From an uncultured Gammaproteobacteria bacterium (GTDB lineage Bacteria > Pseudomonadota > Gammaproteobacteria > DRLM01), in NCBI GenBank assembly GCA_963729605.1, contig CAVSNY010000006.1:441529-505528 (forward strand): a stretch of DNA of 64,000 nucleotides. The letters are read 5' to 3'. Made by a program: the position numbers and the translations under genes. Numbering within the stretch: position 1 is the first letter of the stretch; every line of letters starts with the position of its first letter. The notes beneath the pieces were generated by a model. It made no database searches. It saw only the letters and a list, made by a program, of their open reading frames with translations, and was not told where the DNA came from. Shown here piece after piece: positions 19,558 to 29,379 of this stretch.

Positions 19558-20814
19558 TTAAAAGCGGAAACCCAGCTGGAGACCGGCGCCCACCTCGTCG
19601 CTGTTACCCATCGCGGCGATGTCGACATGGACGCCGAAAGGCGAGAGACCCACGCCCACCGACGCCACGCTGGTGTCGCTGTCGCTGATGTTGTGGCGAT
19701 AACCCAAGCGCAGCTGCACCGTATTCCAACCGTTCCATTCGGCGCCGACCGCCCAATATTGGGTGGGGCCGTCGAGGCCGGCGGGATCGTTCTCCACCAA
19801 ATCGAGATCGGTCGCCACGGTGAGGGACTTCCATTCATAGGCCAGGCCCAAACGGTATTGCGGGTCGAGGTTGATGGTATTGCCCAAGACGGTCCGGTAT
19901 TCCCGCGGGATCAGATTCTTCGCCACCAGGCCGGTGGTCCAGCCGTTGCCGTAACGATGCGCTATACCGACATCCAGATTAAAGTCGGTGTATTCTTTTT
20001 CGCCCTCGTCCACCGACAGGTCGGCGGTGTCCACGTCCAGACGGTAGTCGAAGGTTGTGGCCTGCACCACTTTCGGCGTGATGCCGATCGCCACGCCCTG
20101 ACCGCCGAAGGTGAACTCACGCGCCAGCGACACGCCTATTTCGGACAAGACCACCCCACGCCCCTGCACCGAGGACGTCATAGTATCGGTGGGGTCGATA
20201 ATGTCGCCGTTGCCGTCCACGATGCCGGACGTGTCATTGGCTTCCAAACCGTCGATCACCTCATTGAGCTCGTTAATATCGGATTGGGTGATGTCGAGCA
20301 AGGCCCCGCCCATGGCGCGCGCGTTCACGTACAGCGACGCGCCGAAACGCTTGCTGGGCACGCCCACTACCGCGCCGACGTGCAGCTCGCCGTCCACCGT
20401 TTTATTGGAAAGGGTACCCAAACCATTCACCAAAGCGCGGCCGGTGGCCACCACCGCATCTTTGGCGGTGTTCAGTTCACCGGCCGTGGTGGCATTATTC
20501 CATTGATCCACCGCGTTGCTGAACGCGTCGATATAATCGGCCGATTGGAAATCGTCCAGGCTGTCCACCATCTCATCGGGATCGGCGACCCGCGCGCCGA
20601 TCACCGGCAACTCGAGACTGAAATCCTCGCCCTCACGGCCGATGGCCAACAAGGCCGGATTAAAAAAACTGGCATTGGCGCTGGTGCCCGACGCAACCCC
20701 GGTACCGCCCATGGCCATGGAGCGCGGGTCGAAGGCGCCGAAGGAAACCGCCCCCGCCTCCTGCATCGTCAACAACACCACCGGCAAGCCCATCAATAAA
20801 ACGCGTTTGTCCAT
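19558..20814 (-). CDS. TraF_2-family outer-membrane beta-barrel protein
   Basis: Start MDKRVLL; DPRSMAMGGTGVA..NPALLA; C-terminal LQLGFRF; no conjugation genes nearby. Confidence 0.8.
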   Translation of the reverse strand: MDKRVLLMGLPVVLLTMQEAGAVSFGAFDPRSMAMGGTGVASGTSANASFFNPALLAIGREGEDFSLELPVIGARVADPDEMVDSLDDFQSADYIDAFSNAVDQWNNATTAGELNTAKDAVVATGRALVNGLGTLSNKTVDGELHVGAVVGVPSKRFGASLYVNARAMGGALLDITQSDINELNEVIDGLEANDTSGIVDGNGDIIDPTDTMTSSVQGRGVVLSEIGVSLAREFTFGGQGVAIGITPKVVQATTFDYRLDVDTADLSVDEGEKEYTDFNLDVGIAHRYGNGWTTGLVAKNLIPREYRTVLGNTINLDPQYRLGLAYEWKSLTVATDLDLVENDPAGLDGPTQYWAVGAEWNGWNTVQLRLGYRHNISDSDTSVASVGVGLSPFGVHVDIAAMGNSDEVGAGLQLGFRF

Positions 20815-21090
20815 ATATCCCTCTCCAAATAGCCACGACTCCGACGCACGGCTCGCACCCGCCACGCCACCATGCTTGGCTATCGTCCCGCAAGGGGGTC
20901 GACTTTAGAGAGGTAGGCGGGGCCGAATCGAGAAACGGAACCCACATCCTGAGGCCATCGCCGCAGGCATTGACCGCGGCTGCCGCTGCAAGGCAGGGTG
21001 GCAAATCCAGCGCACCAATATCCGGCAAGACCCGGTTTCCGATTGCCGACTCTTTTTCAGCATTAAGCAGTACCACTGGCACGGATTCTC

Positions 21091-21108
21091 CGTCGGACAG
21101 CTTTACAC
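21091..21108 (+). promoter_or_regulatory. Candidate PEP-CTERM-box enhancer
   Basis: CGTCGG-ACAGC-TTTACAC about 65 bp upstream of a sigma54 motif; resembles the enhancer I recall upstream of PEP-CTERM genes. Confidence 0.45.
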
Positions 21109-21168
21109 TTTAAGATCGGGCGCTTTCGGCAACAGAGCAGTCGTTTGAAATGGCAAGATAAAATTTTT

Positions 21169-21185
21169 AAGGCATAAGCGTTGCA
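21169..21185 (+). promoter_or_regulatory. Sigma54 (-24/-12) promoter
   Basis: AAGGCATAAGCGTTGCA: GG(21171-72)-N10-GC(21183-84) with TTGCA, upstream of the PEP-CTERM gene. Confidence 0.7.
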
Positions 21186-21307
21186 GCAATAAAGGGTCTT
21201 ACCGTTGCGCGCCTCATCGGCCATAAAAATCCGCGTACGGGGGCAGTCGGCAGTGACGGGGTCAACTCGATCCGAAGCCAAACTCAGGGAATGCAAGGAG
21301 CACAACG

Positions 21308-22078
21308 ATGGCAAGAACCGGGACGTATTTCTGGAATAAAAAATTATTAATCGGGGCCGTCGCCGCCCTTGGCGCGACCACCGTCCAGGCGGTACCCACC
21401 ACCTACACCAGCCGGGCCGCCTTCGACGCGGCGATCGCCGCCATCGTCCCCGCCGTGAACCAGAACGTAATCAACTTCGAGAGCGCGTCCGGCGGCGATT
21501 TGATTCCAAGCGGGTCCAGTTTCGGCGGCGTCACCTTTTCCTATACCCTTCCCGGCGGCCCACCTCCATTCCAGGTCGGCATCAATAGCAGCCCGCTCGC
21601 GGGAACCTCGGGCTCCAACTTTCTTGGGGTGACCAACGACGGCGGCGCCAGCTTCGGCCAATTCGCTTTGGGTGATCAGATAGATTTCAGCTTCTCCGCA
21701 TCCCACGCCTTCGGTATGTACATCATCGTCGGGGATACCTCCTTCGATTTCTTCAATGACGACATCAATCTGACTTTCGCCGGCATCACCTTGTCCAACG
21801 TGGACGCGGACGTCGCAACCAGTGTAGGCCCCAACAATGTCGCGGCTCTGTTCGTTGGCATCGTCGATCCTGACGGCACCTATGGCACCGCCAGTCTGCT
21901 CTTCGGCCCGGTGGGCGGCCCGGCGGGCGGCGCCTTCTTCGAGATAGACGACATCGTCAAAACCTCCCCCACCGGAAGCGGCGGCGGCGACGACGGGACC
22001 ATTCCCGAACCCGCGACCCTGGCCTTGTTGGGCGCGGGTATTCTGGGCATCGCCCTGGCACGCCGTAAAAAAAGATGA
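21308..22078 (+). CDS. PEP-CTERM exosortase-target surface protein
   Basis: Signal peptide; C-terminal IPEP-ATLALLGAGILGIALA-RRKKR; AAGGAG RBS. Confidence 0.95.
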   Translation: MARTGTYFWNKKLLIGAVAALGATTVQAVPTTYTSRAAFDAAIAAIVPAVNQNVINFESASGGDLIPSGSSFGGVTFSYTLPGGPPPFQVGINSSPLAGTSGSNFLGVTNDGGASFGQFALGDQIDFSFSASHAFGMYIIVGDTSFDFFNDDINLTFAGITLSNVDADVATSVGPNNVAALFVGIVDPDGTYGTASLLFGPVGGPAGGAFFEIDDIVKTSPTGSGGGDDGTIPEPATLALLGAGILGIALARRKKR

Positions 22079-22396
22079 CGCGGCGGTAAAACGCGCAGGC
22101 AGCGGGCATGGAGGCCGGCGAATATTCCATCGGCGCTCCACCCTTGTTTCCTCTCCTTCCACATCGTTTACCGGATAACGCGAACGCGGTACACCGGCTA
22201 GTTTGCCGCGCTCCGATCATCGCCCCGCTTGATCAAACCGGACGGCGACATCAACGACGACCTATCGCCCGCCCACGCGGAAAAAATCCGGTTGTCGATT
22301 TTTGAACGGCGTACACTCGTATATTCCCGCATCGTGCAAACCATGCAGAGGTCACCGCAACCAAATCAACAAGCAAACACTCAAGGAGGAATCACC

Positions 22397-23061
22397 ATGG
22401 AAAAGGTTTCAAAGAACGCCCTCCAGGGCCTGGCCCTGGCCCTCGCCACCTTCGTGATGACGCCCGGCACGGCGTCGGCGTGCAACACCGAACCCTTTTT
22501 GGGAACGGTCTGCGCCTTCGGCTTCAACTTTTGCCCGCGCGGCTATCGGCCCGCCGATGGTTCGCTCCTACCCATCAGCCAGAACACCGCCCTCTTCTCG
22601 TTGCTCGGCACCACCTATGGCGGCAACGGCACCACCACCTTCGGCCTGCCGGACTTGCGCGGCCGCGCCCTGGTGGGAGCGGGCCAAGGCCCCGGCCTCT
22701 CCCCCGTCAATCTCGGCGAGATGGCCGGCACCGAACAAGTCACCTTGACGGTGAATCAACTACCGCCCCATAGCCACTCGGCCACGACCGACGTGACCGT
22801 CACCACAACGGCGCGTGCCTTGGGATCGGCCGGCAATACCGACAATCCCAACGGCAACAGCCTGGCGATGGTGTCCCGGCAAAATATCTACAGCAACGCC
22901 GCGCCCACCGTGAACATGAGCGCCAACGCCATCGCCACCACGGCCAACGCCACCACCACCATCGCGCCCACCGGCGGGGGCAACCCATCGAGAACCGATC
23001 GCCTTACCTTGGCATCACTTATTGCGTCGCGGTGGAAGGCATCTTCCCTTCGCGCAACTAA
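22397..23061 (+). CDS. Secreted tail-collar-domain (MdpB-like) protein; apparent 1-nt deletion near 22980
   Basis: AGGAGG RBS; EPFLG..FGFNFCPRG..ALFSLLGTTYGGNGTTTFGLPDLRGR; conserved end QPIENRSPYLGITYCVAVEGIFPSRN* lies in another frame. Confidence 0.85.
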
Positions 23062-23149
23062 GCCAAGCGCCATGCTCATTCACGCCTGCGCTTAAACGCA
23101 GGCGTGAATGCAATGCGGTGCGGGGTTTATCGGTACGCCATGCGGCGGC

Positions 23150-23947
23150 TCAGGGGAATAAACGCGCCAATTCCGCACCGGGATCGGCGGCGCGCATAAA
23201 GGCCTCGCCCACCAGAAAGGCATGGACCTGATGACGGCGCAACAAGGCCACGTCATCGCGACTGTGGATGCCGCTTTCGGTGATGACGATGCGGTCGGCG
23301 GGTATCTTGCTCAACAAATCGAGGGTCGTTTCCAAACGCGTATCGAAGTTGCGTAGATTGCGGTTATTGATGCCGATGAGCGGGGTATTCAACGACAGCG
23401 CGCGTTCCAGTTCATCGGCGTCGTGCACCTCCACCAGCACCGCCATCTTCAACTCGGCGGCGAGTTGCGCCAATTCGTGCATTTTCTGGTCGCTCAAGGC
23501 CGCGACGATGAGCAAAATGCAATCGGCGCCGATCGCCCGCGCCTCGTACACCTGATAAGCATCGACGATGAAATCCTTGCGCAACACCGGCAACTCGCAG
23601 GCGGCGCGCGCCTGCTGCAAATACGCCTCGCTGCCTTGAAAGAAATCCCGGTCGGTGAGCACCGACAGGCAAGCCGCGCCGTGTCGGGCATAACCGCGCG
23701 CGATCGCGGCGGGGTCGAAATCCTCGCGCAACACCCCTTTGCTGGGCGAGGCCTTTTTGATCTCGGCGATCACCGCGGCTTTACCCGCGGCCAACTTGGT
23801 CCGCAGCGCGCCGGTGAAATCACGCGGCGCGGGCGCCGAGGGCACTTGCGCACGCAAGGCGTGCAGCGGCACCCGCACGCCGCGTTCGGCGACCTCTTCG
23901 CGTTTGCGCTGGAGGATTCGTTTGAGAATGTCGGGGGTATCAGTCAT
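23150..23947 (-). CDS. trpC: Indole-3-glycerol phosphate synthase
   Basis: [12 protein letters not shown]; LSVLTD; LRKDF; GINNRNL; ESGI. Confidence 0.98.
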   Translation of the reverse strand: MTDTPDILKRILQRKREEVAERGVRVPLHALRAQVPSAPAPRDFTGALRTKLAAGKAAVIAEIKKASPSKGVLREDFDPAAIARGYARHGAACLSVLTDRDFFQGSEAYLQQARAACELPVLRKDFIVDAYQVYEARAIGADCILLIVAALSDQKMHELAQLAAELKMAVLVEVHDADELERALSLNTPLIGINNRNLRNFDTRLETTLDLLSKIPADRIVITESGIHSRDDVALLRRHQVHAFLVGEAFMRAADPGAELARLFP

Positions 23948-24027
23948 GTCGTTCGTTACGGTTTTTTATCGGCATGCGTAATGTCGATTTTTCTTGGCGC
24001 CCTTGGCGGTTTGGCGGTTCAAAATTT

Positions 24028-25050
24028 CTAGGCTTTAAATTCATTGGTCAGCTTCACCAAGGCGTCCAACTTTTGTTGCGCCGCGCCGCTGGCGATCACC
24101 TCGCGGGCCTTAGCCACACCCGCCGCCAAAGTCCCGGCGAGCCCAGCCGCATAAATCGCCGCGCCGGCGTTGAGACTGACGATATCCCGCGCCGGCCCCG
24201 GCTGATCGGCCAACACGGCGCGCAGCATGACCAGGCTCTGTTGCGCATCCTCCACCACCAGCGCGGCGATGTCGGTGCGGGTCATGCCGAATTGCTCCGG
24301 CGTCAAGGTCATGCGGCTAATTCGTCCGTCTTTGAGTTCGGCGACCTGGGTGGGCGCGCCGATCGTGATCTCGTCGATGCCGTCCTCGCCGTGCACCACC
24401 AACACATGACGGCTGCCCAAACGTTGCAATACCCGCGCAAGCGGCTCCAACCAGTGCGGACTGAACACGCCGACCACCTGGTTGGGCGCGCCGGCCGGAT
24501 TGGTGAGCGGCCCGAGCAGATTGAACACGGTGCGCACGCCCATCTCGCGGCGCGGCCCGATGGCGTGTTTCATCGCGCCGTGATGCAAGGGCGCGAACAT
24601 GAAACCCACGCCGACCTCGTGCAGACAACGCGTCACTTGCCCGGAAGTCAGATTCAAATTCACACTCGCCGCCTCCAACACATCGGCGCTGCCCGAGCGA
24701 CTCGACACTGAGCGATTGCCGTGTTTGGCGACTTGCGCGCCGGCCGCCGCCGCGACGAAGGCGCTGCAGGTCGAGACATTGAAGGTGCCGCGCGCGTCGC
24801 CGCCGGTGCCGCAGGTATCCACCACATGAGCACCGCTCACCGCGACCCGGCTCGCCAATTCACGCATCACTTGCGCGGCGGCGGTGATCTCGTCCACCGT
24901 TTCGCCCTTCATGCGCAGACCGATGAGAAAACCGCCGATCTGCGCGGGGGTGGCGCCGCCGGTCATGATGGCGCGCATCACCTCGGTCATTTCCTCGGCG
25001 GAGAGATCACGGCGCTCGGTGACGGCGCGGATGGCGGCGGGCATATCCAT
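24028..25050 (-). CDS. trpD: Anthranilate phosphoribosyltransferase
   Basis: DTCGTGGD; NVST; [15 protein letters not shown]; [10 protein letters not shown]. Confidence 0.98.
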   Translation of the reverse strand: MDMPAAIRAVTERRDLSAEEMTEVMRAIMTGGATPAQIGGFLIGLRMKGETVDEITAAAQVMRELASRVAVSGAHVVDTCGTGGDARGTFNVSTCSAFVAAAAGAQVAKHGNRSVSSRSGSADVLEAASVNLNLTSGQVTRCLHEVGVGFMFAPLHHGAMKHAIGPRREMGVRTVFNLLGPLTNPAGAPNQVVGVFSPHWLEPLARVLQRLGSRHVLVVHGEDGIDEITIGAPTQVAELKDGRISRMTLTPEQFGMTRTDIAALVVEDAQQSLVMLRAVLADQPGPARDIVSLNAGAAIYAAGLAGTLAAGVAKAREVIASGAAQQKLDALVKLTNEFKA

Positions 25051-25116
25051 GATTACAAGTTACAAGCGCCGAGCGGCAAAGAGCAAGATAAAAAGAAGAC
25101 CGGCGGATTTTTCTTG

Positions 25117-25719
25117 CTACCTACTGCTTGCTGCTTTGACCTCCAAGAAGTTCTTCAACATTGCGTGCCCGTGCTGGGTGAGTATCGACTCGGGATGGAA
25201 TTGCACGCCTTCCACCGCGAACTCGCGATGGCGTACGCCCATGATTTCATCGCGCTCGCCGCGTTCGTCCTGCGTCCAGGCGGTCACTTCCAGACAGGCC
25301 GGCAACGAGGCCTGTTCGATGATCAACGAATGATAACGCGTCGCTTCGAAGGGGTCGGGCAGGCCTTTAAACACACCTTGGTCGGCGTGATAAATCGGCG
25401 AGGTCTTGCCGTGCATCACCTGCCGCGCCCGCACCACCTTGCCGCCGAAGGCCTGGCCGATGCCTTGATGGCCGAGACAGACCCCCAGCAAGGGAATCTT
25501 GCCGGCGAAGTGCTGAATAACGGCGATGGACACCCCCGCCTCGCTGGGCGTACACGGCCCCGGCGAGATCACGATGTGATCGGGCTTGAGCCGCGCGATC
25601 TCCTCCACGGTGATCTGGTCGTTGCGATACACCCGTACCTCGGCGCCCAATTCGCCCAAGTATTGCACCAGGTTGTAAGTGAAAGAATCATAATTATCGA
25701 TCATTAGCAGCTTAGCCAT
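25117..25719 (-). CDS. trpG: Anthranilate/aminodeoxychorismate synthase component II
   Basis: [11 protein letters not shown]; ISPGP; GVCLGHQ; RYHSL; QFHPES. Confidence 0.97.
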   Translation of the reverse strand: MAKLLMIDNYDSFTYNLVQYLGELGAEVRVYRNDQITVEEIARLKPDHIVISPGPCTPSEAGVSIAVIQHFAGKIPLLGVCLGHQGIGQAFGGKVVRARQVMHGKTSPIYHADQGVFKGLPDPFEATRYHSLIIEQASLPACLEVTAWTQDERGERDEIMGVRHREFAVEGVQFHPESILTQHGHAMLKNFLEVKAASSR

Positions 25720-25766
25720 GATAACCTCTTGTTTTAACGGTATTTTCTATCTTAAAACCATGGCTG

Positions 25767-25786
25767 TTATACACTTCATTATACAC
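25767..25786. repeat. Direct repeat TTATACAC x2 (12-bp period), candidate integrase arm-type sites
   Basis: Copies at 25767-25774 and 25779-25786 in AT-rich DNA about 50 bp from the trpG start. Confidence 0.55.
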
Positions 25787-26520
25787 ATCAGCAGTAGATT
25801 TCAGCAGAACGATCGCCGAAAACCAGTCCTGATAGGGAAAAGTGGGCATGGAAGGCACTACTGTGCTTGTGCTTGGCTGCGACACAGCTACCCGCAAGAA
25901 CTTGCAATAAGCCGCCCGAGCCGACCACCCCTTAACTGCGCGCACGACCGCGCCCCACGATGCCGCGCGCAAGGTGTCGATAAAGGAGGTTTTTAATGGC
26001 ACCGGGCAATCTCCTGAGTCTTGGAGCCGCCGTGCCGGAGAGTCATCTGCTGAATCTTGCCCACCGATACGGCGGCAAGGTGCGGGTCGAGGCCGCAACG
26101 ACATGCCGCTTCCTACTGGAAGCGCCACCATTGAGCAATATTGATTGAAGCGGTACGAGTCATAGCAGACCGAGGCTTAGTTAACCAGGAAGATGCGATG
26201 CGGCAGCGAAGGCCCCACGACAGCTTCGTATCCGGGTGATAATAACACGCAACCTCTTCCCCGTCTAATAGCTGAACCTGTAGGGTGTCGCTTTACTGGG
26301 TCATACCGAGCGGCATCTCGATCTAGTCTTCCGCCTTGCTGCTGTGACCACAATTAAGAAGTATCAAAGCCCCTCAATAAGAATGCCCCATTAGAACGAT
26401 GCATGGCGTTGGGTATAATCCAATCACAGGTCTTCGCTTCAGCCGTCCGCATGGCTCGATCAAGGCGACAACTTGGCTCGCATTATTGCAAAGTTAGCCC
26501 TTTCCCAGTATCGTATTGCG

Positions 26521-26868
26521 ATGGTGCGCATTTTACTTGGACATAGGCTGGCGGTGATGGCGTTGCTTCTTGCAACGTTTGTGGTCATTCCTATGGCCGA
26601 TGCGGTCTTGTGCGCATCTGAGAGTGTTGATACGCATTCGTATGTTGATTTGCACGATGACGATGGCGACAGCCGGAGCAACAAAGGTTCCGGGGCCGAC
26701 TATGAACATGACGCCTGCAGCCACTGTCATTGTCACCATACGCACGCTCACGTCTCCCCGAATTTTGCACCCAAAACCGCTTCCCTTCAACTGGCGCACG
26801 CATGGCCAGAAAGTGATGCTATCGCATCACACACGCCTGATGGATTGATGCGACCCCCCAAAGCCTGA
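26521..26868 (+). CDS. Small His/Cys-rich leader protein (CzcI/DUF2946-like)
   Basis: N-terminal hydrophobic segment; HDACSHCHCHHTHAH; C-terminal LMRPPKA; directly upstream of czcC. Confidence 0.7.
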   Translation: MVRILLGHRLAVMALLLATFVVIPMADAVLCASESVDTHSYVDLHDDDGDSRSNKGSGADYEHDACSHCHCHHTHAHVSPNFAPKTASLQLAHAWPESDAIASHTPDGLMRPPKA

Positions 26869-26914
26869 CGAATTCGGACCGTGCTGCCTGCACGGTCGTT
26901 TCGTCAACTTTTTT
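26866..26914 (+). terminator. Stem-loop plus T-run between leader ORF and czcC (possible attenuator)
   Basis: TGACGAA..GACCGTGC-TGCCT-GCACGGTC..TTCGTCA-ACTTTTTT overlapping the leader stop codon. Confidence 0.55.
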
Positions 26915-26932
26915 AGCTTTGGGAGCTTTCCT

Positions 26933-28171
26933 ATGTTCATGTTGTTCGGCCGACCGCTATGCGCGGTTGGCTTCGCTGTGGTCGCCACAGCAATCACGCT
27001 GGCACTGCCAGCAAGGGCCGAACCCGCCCCACCTTATGAAACACTGATCGAGCATCTCGATCGAACCCCGGCAACACTTGAAGCCGAAGCATTACTCGAT
27101 GCCGCCAAGGCGCGCGCGCAACAAGCCCGTGCGTTGCCTAATCCTTCCATCTCCCTGGAGGCCGAGAACGCTTACGGTCGCTCGCCGTTCACTGGCTATG
27201 GCGCCGCAGAGACCACGTTTTCCGTCAGTCAACCTCTGGAACTGTGGGGACAGCGGGGCGCGCGAATCGGTGCCGCACGGGCGGAAGCCGAGGCGGCCGG
27301 CCTGCGCCGCGACCAGTCGCGATGGGCGGTCGCCGGCCGCCTGGCGCTGATCTATGCCGAAGCGGAAGCAGCCTCTTTGCAGCATGAGCTGGCCATTGAG
27401 GCGCTGTCGCTGACGCAGGCGGATGCAAGCGCGGTGATGGCCCTGGTGGAAGAAGGTCGCGAGGCTGTGCTTCGTGGGGTTCAGGCCGAAAGCGAGGTGG
27501 AAGCTGCTCGCGCCGTCGCGGACGAAACACGGGCAAACCGGGATGCAGCTTTCGCGCGTCTCGCCGCAGTCGCGATGCTGACCGAGCCGGTCACATCCAT
27601 CGAAACCAGCCTGCTAAATCGCGCACCCAACCCCTTCACGCCGGATGTACGCAATCCCCTGGCTGTTCAAATTGCCGAGGCCGAGTTGGATGCGGCTGGT
27701 GAATTCGTGAACGTGGAGCGACTGCGTGCTCGTCCCGACGTGACCGCTTCGCTCGGTGTCCGGCGATTCGAAGAATACGACTCCCAAGCACTCACCTTCG
27801 GCATCAGCGTGTCCCTTCCGCTGTTCGACAGAAACACAGGCGCTATCAGTGCAGCCCGTGCCGAGCAGCGAGCTGCCGAGGCGCGGCTGACCGGTTTGAA
27901 GTTGGAGGTCCAGGCAGATCGCAGTGCTGCACAAGCCCGCCTCACTGCATCGATCACCCGGACACGTGCTGCCGATAACGGCGTCGCTTCTGCCGAAGAA
28001 GCCTACCGCCTTGCACGCGCTGGCTTCGATGCCGGGCGCATCTCGCAGTTGGAGCTGCGCAGCATACGGTCTGCTTTGATTGCCGCACGCAATACCGCTG
28101 TGGATGCACGCATAGCGCGCGTCCGTGCAGAAGTCGAACTCGCGCGCCTTGACGGCCGCACCCCATTTTGA
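26933..28171 (+). CDS. czcC: TolC-family outer-membrane factor of a heavy-metal RND pump
   Basis: Signal peptide; ARALPNP; SQPLELWG; SVSLPLFDRN. Confidence 0.88.
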   Translation: MFMLFGRPLCAVGFAVVATAITLALPARAEPAPPYETLIEHLDRTPATLEAEALLDAAKARAQQARALPNPSISLEAENAYGRSPFTGYGAAETTFSVSQPLELWGQRGARIGAARAEAEAAGLRRDQSRWAVAGRLALIYAEAEAASLQHELAIEALSLTQADASAVMALVEEGREAVLRGVQAESEVEAARAVADETRANRDAAFARLAAVAMLTEPVTSIETSLLNRAPNPFTPDVRNPLAVQIAEAELDAAGEFVNVERLRARPDVTASLGVRRFEEYDSQALTFGISVSLPLFDRNTGAISAARAEQRAAEARLTGLKLEVQADRSAAQARLTASITRTRAADNGVASAEEAYRLARAGFDAGRISQLELRSIRSALIAARNTAVDARIARVRAEVELARLDGRTPF

Positions 28172-28181
28172 GGAAGCATAG

Positions 28182-29369
28182 ATGACAACCACAAATATCC
28201 GGCTCCTCTGTGGAGCAGTCCTACTTGCTGCCCTTGGTACTGGCTTCGGCCTTGCCCAGCTCATCCCGTACTCGGAGCACGCCGCTCACGTCGAGGATGA
28301 TGAGCACGCCGCTCACAATGATCCTGACCAACAGAATGAGCACGAGGATGCGCCATCCGAGGAAGGTGTCGTCGCATTAACCGCGAGGCAAATCGAAGCC
28401 TCGGGTATCAGCATCGTAGACGTGGGCCGCGGCGGCGGTAACGAGTATCGGCTGTCAGGCCGGGTCGAGTCTGCAGTGGGCGCTCGGGCAGTCGTAGCGG
28501 CAATCACGGGCGGAAGGGTCGAGCAGATACACGTCGCTCCGGGCTCATCGGTTGAAGCCGGTCAGCTCCTGGCTGTCATAGTCAGTGGCGATGCAGCTAC
28601 TTTGCGTGCAAACGCCGATGCAGCAGTTGCCGAGGCCGAAGCTGCGCGCCTCGCTTATCAGCGCGACTTGAACCTCGTCGAACAGGGGATTGTCGCTCGT
28701 CAGGACATGGAAGCGTCTCGCGCCCGCTCACTCGCCGCTGATGCGGCGGCAAGGGCGGCACAAGCTCAGGTCGCGGCAAGCGGTTCGCCGAATACCTCGG
28801 GACGCTTCAGCGTCGTCAGCCCAATCGCGGGTGTAGTCGGCGCGGTCAGTACCACTGTGGGTGGCTTCGTCGCATCTGGTGGAGCCGTCGTGGAAATCTC
28901 CGATCCGGCGCAAGTGGAACTCGTCTTCAACGCGCCTCCCGCATTGGCATCCGAGGTGACCTCTGGAGCTCGTCTCCAAGTCACAGGTCCGTCTGGCAGT
29001 TTCGAAGCTGTGGTCGTTGGCGTAGCCGCCAATGCGCGCGAGCAAAGCGGTGCAGCCGTTATTCGCGCGCGATCTACTTCAAGTGCCTTACCGCCTGCTG
29101 GGTCCCCCGTGACAGGGACCGTCGTCACAAACAGCCAGGAAGGTGGTCTGACCGTCCCCGCCGATGCCGTTCAAACCGTGGAGGGGCGATCAGTGGTCTT
29201 CGTAGTCGAGGACAATGGCTTTCGCGTCACGCCCGTGCTCGTGGGTCGGCGCGCAGGCGGATACATCGAGATCCTCAACGGGCTGTCGGGCGATGAACGC
29301 ATTGCCAGCACGAACGCCTTCCTATTGAAGGCCGAACTCGCTAAAGGCGAGCTCGAGGACGACGACTGA
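28182..29369 (+). CDS. czcB: RND membrane-fusion protein with His/acidic N-terminal region
   Basis: HAAHVEDDEHAAHND..EHED; SPIAG; VPADAVQTVEG; FLLKAELAK. Confidence 0.88.
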   Translation: MTTTNIRLLCGAVLLAALGTGFGLAQLIPYSEHAAHVEDDEHAAHNDPDQQNEHEDAPSEEGVVALTARQIEASGISIVDVGRGGGNEYRLSGRVESAVGARAVVAAITGGRVEQIHVAPGSSVEAGQLLAVIVSGDAATLRANADAAVAEAEAARLAYQRDLNLVEQGIVARQDMEASRARSLAADAAARAAQAQVAASGSPNTSGRFSVVSPIAGVVGAVSTTVGGFVASGGAVVEISDPAQVELVFNAPPALASEVTSGARLQVTGPSGSFEAVVVGVAANAREQSGAAVIRARSTSSALPPAGSPVTGTVVTNSQEGGLTVPADAVQTVEGRSVVFVVEDNGFRVTPVLVGRRAGGYIEILNGLSGDERIASTNAFLLKAELAKGELEDDD

Positions 29370-29379
29370 GGATAACCAT

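Noticed and set aside
19558-20814. Conjugation locus from the TraF-like gene
   Set aside because: Solitary outer-membrane barrel among housekeeping genes, with no other tra genes
22397-23061. Prophage from the tail-collar domain
   Set aside because: Single gene with a signal peptide and no other phage genes
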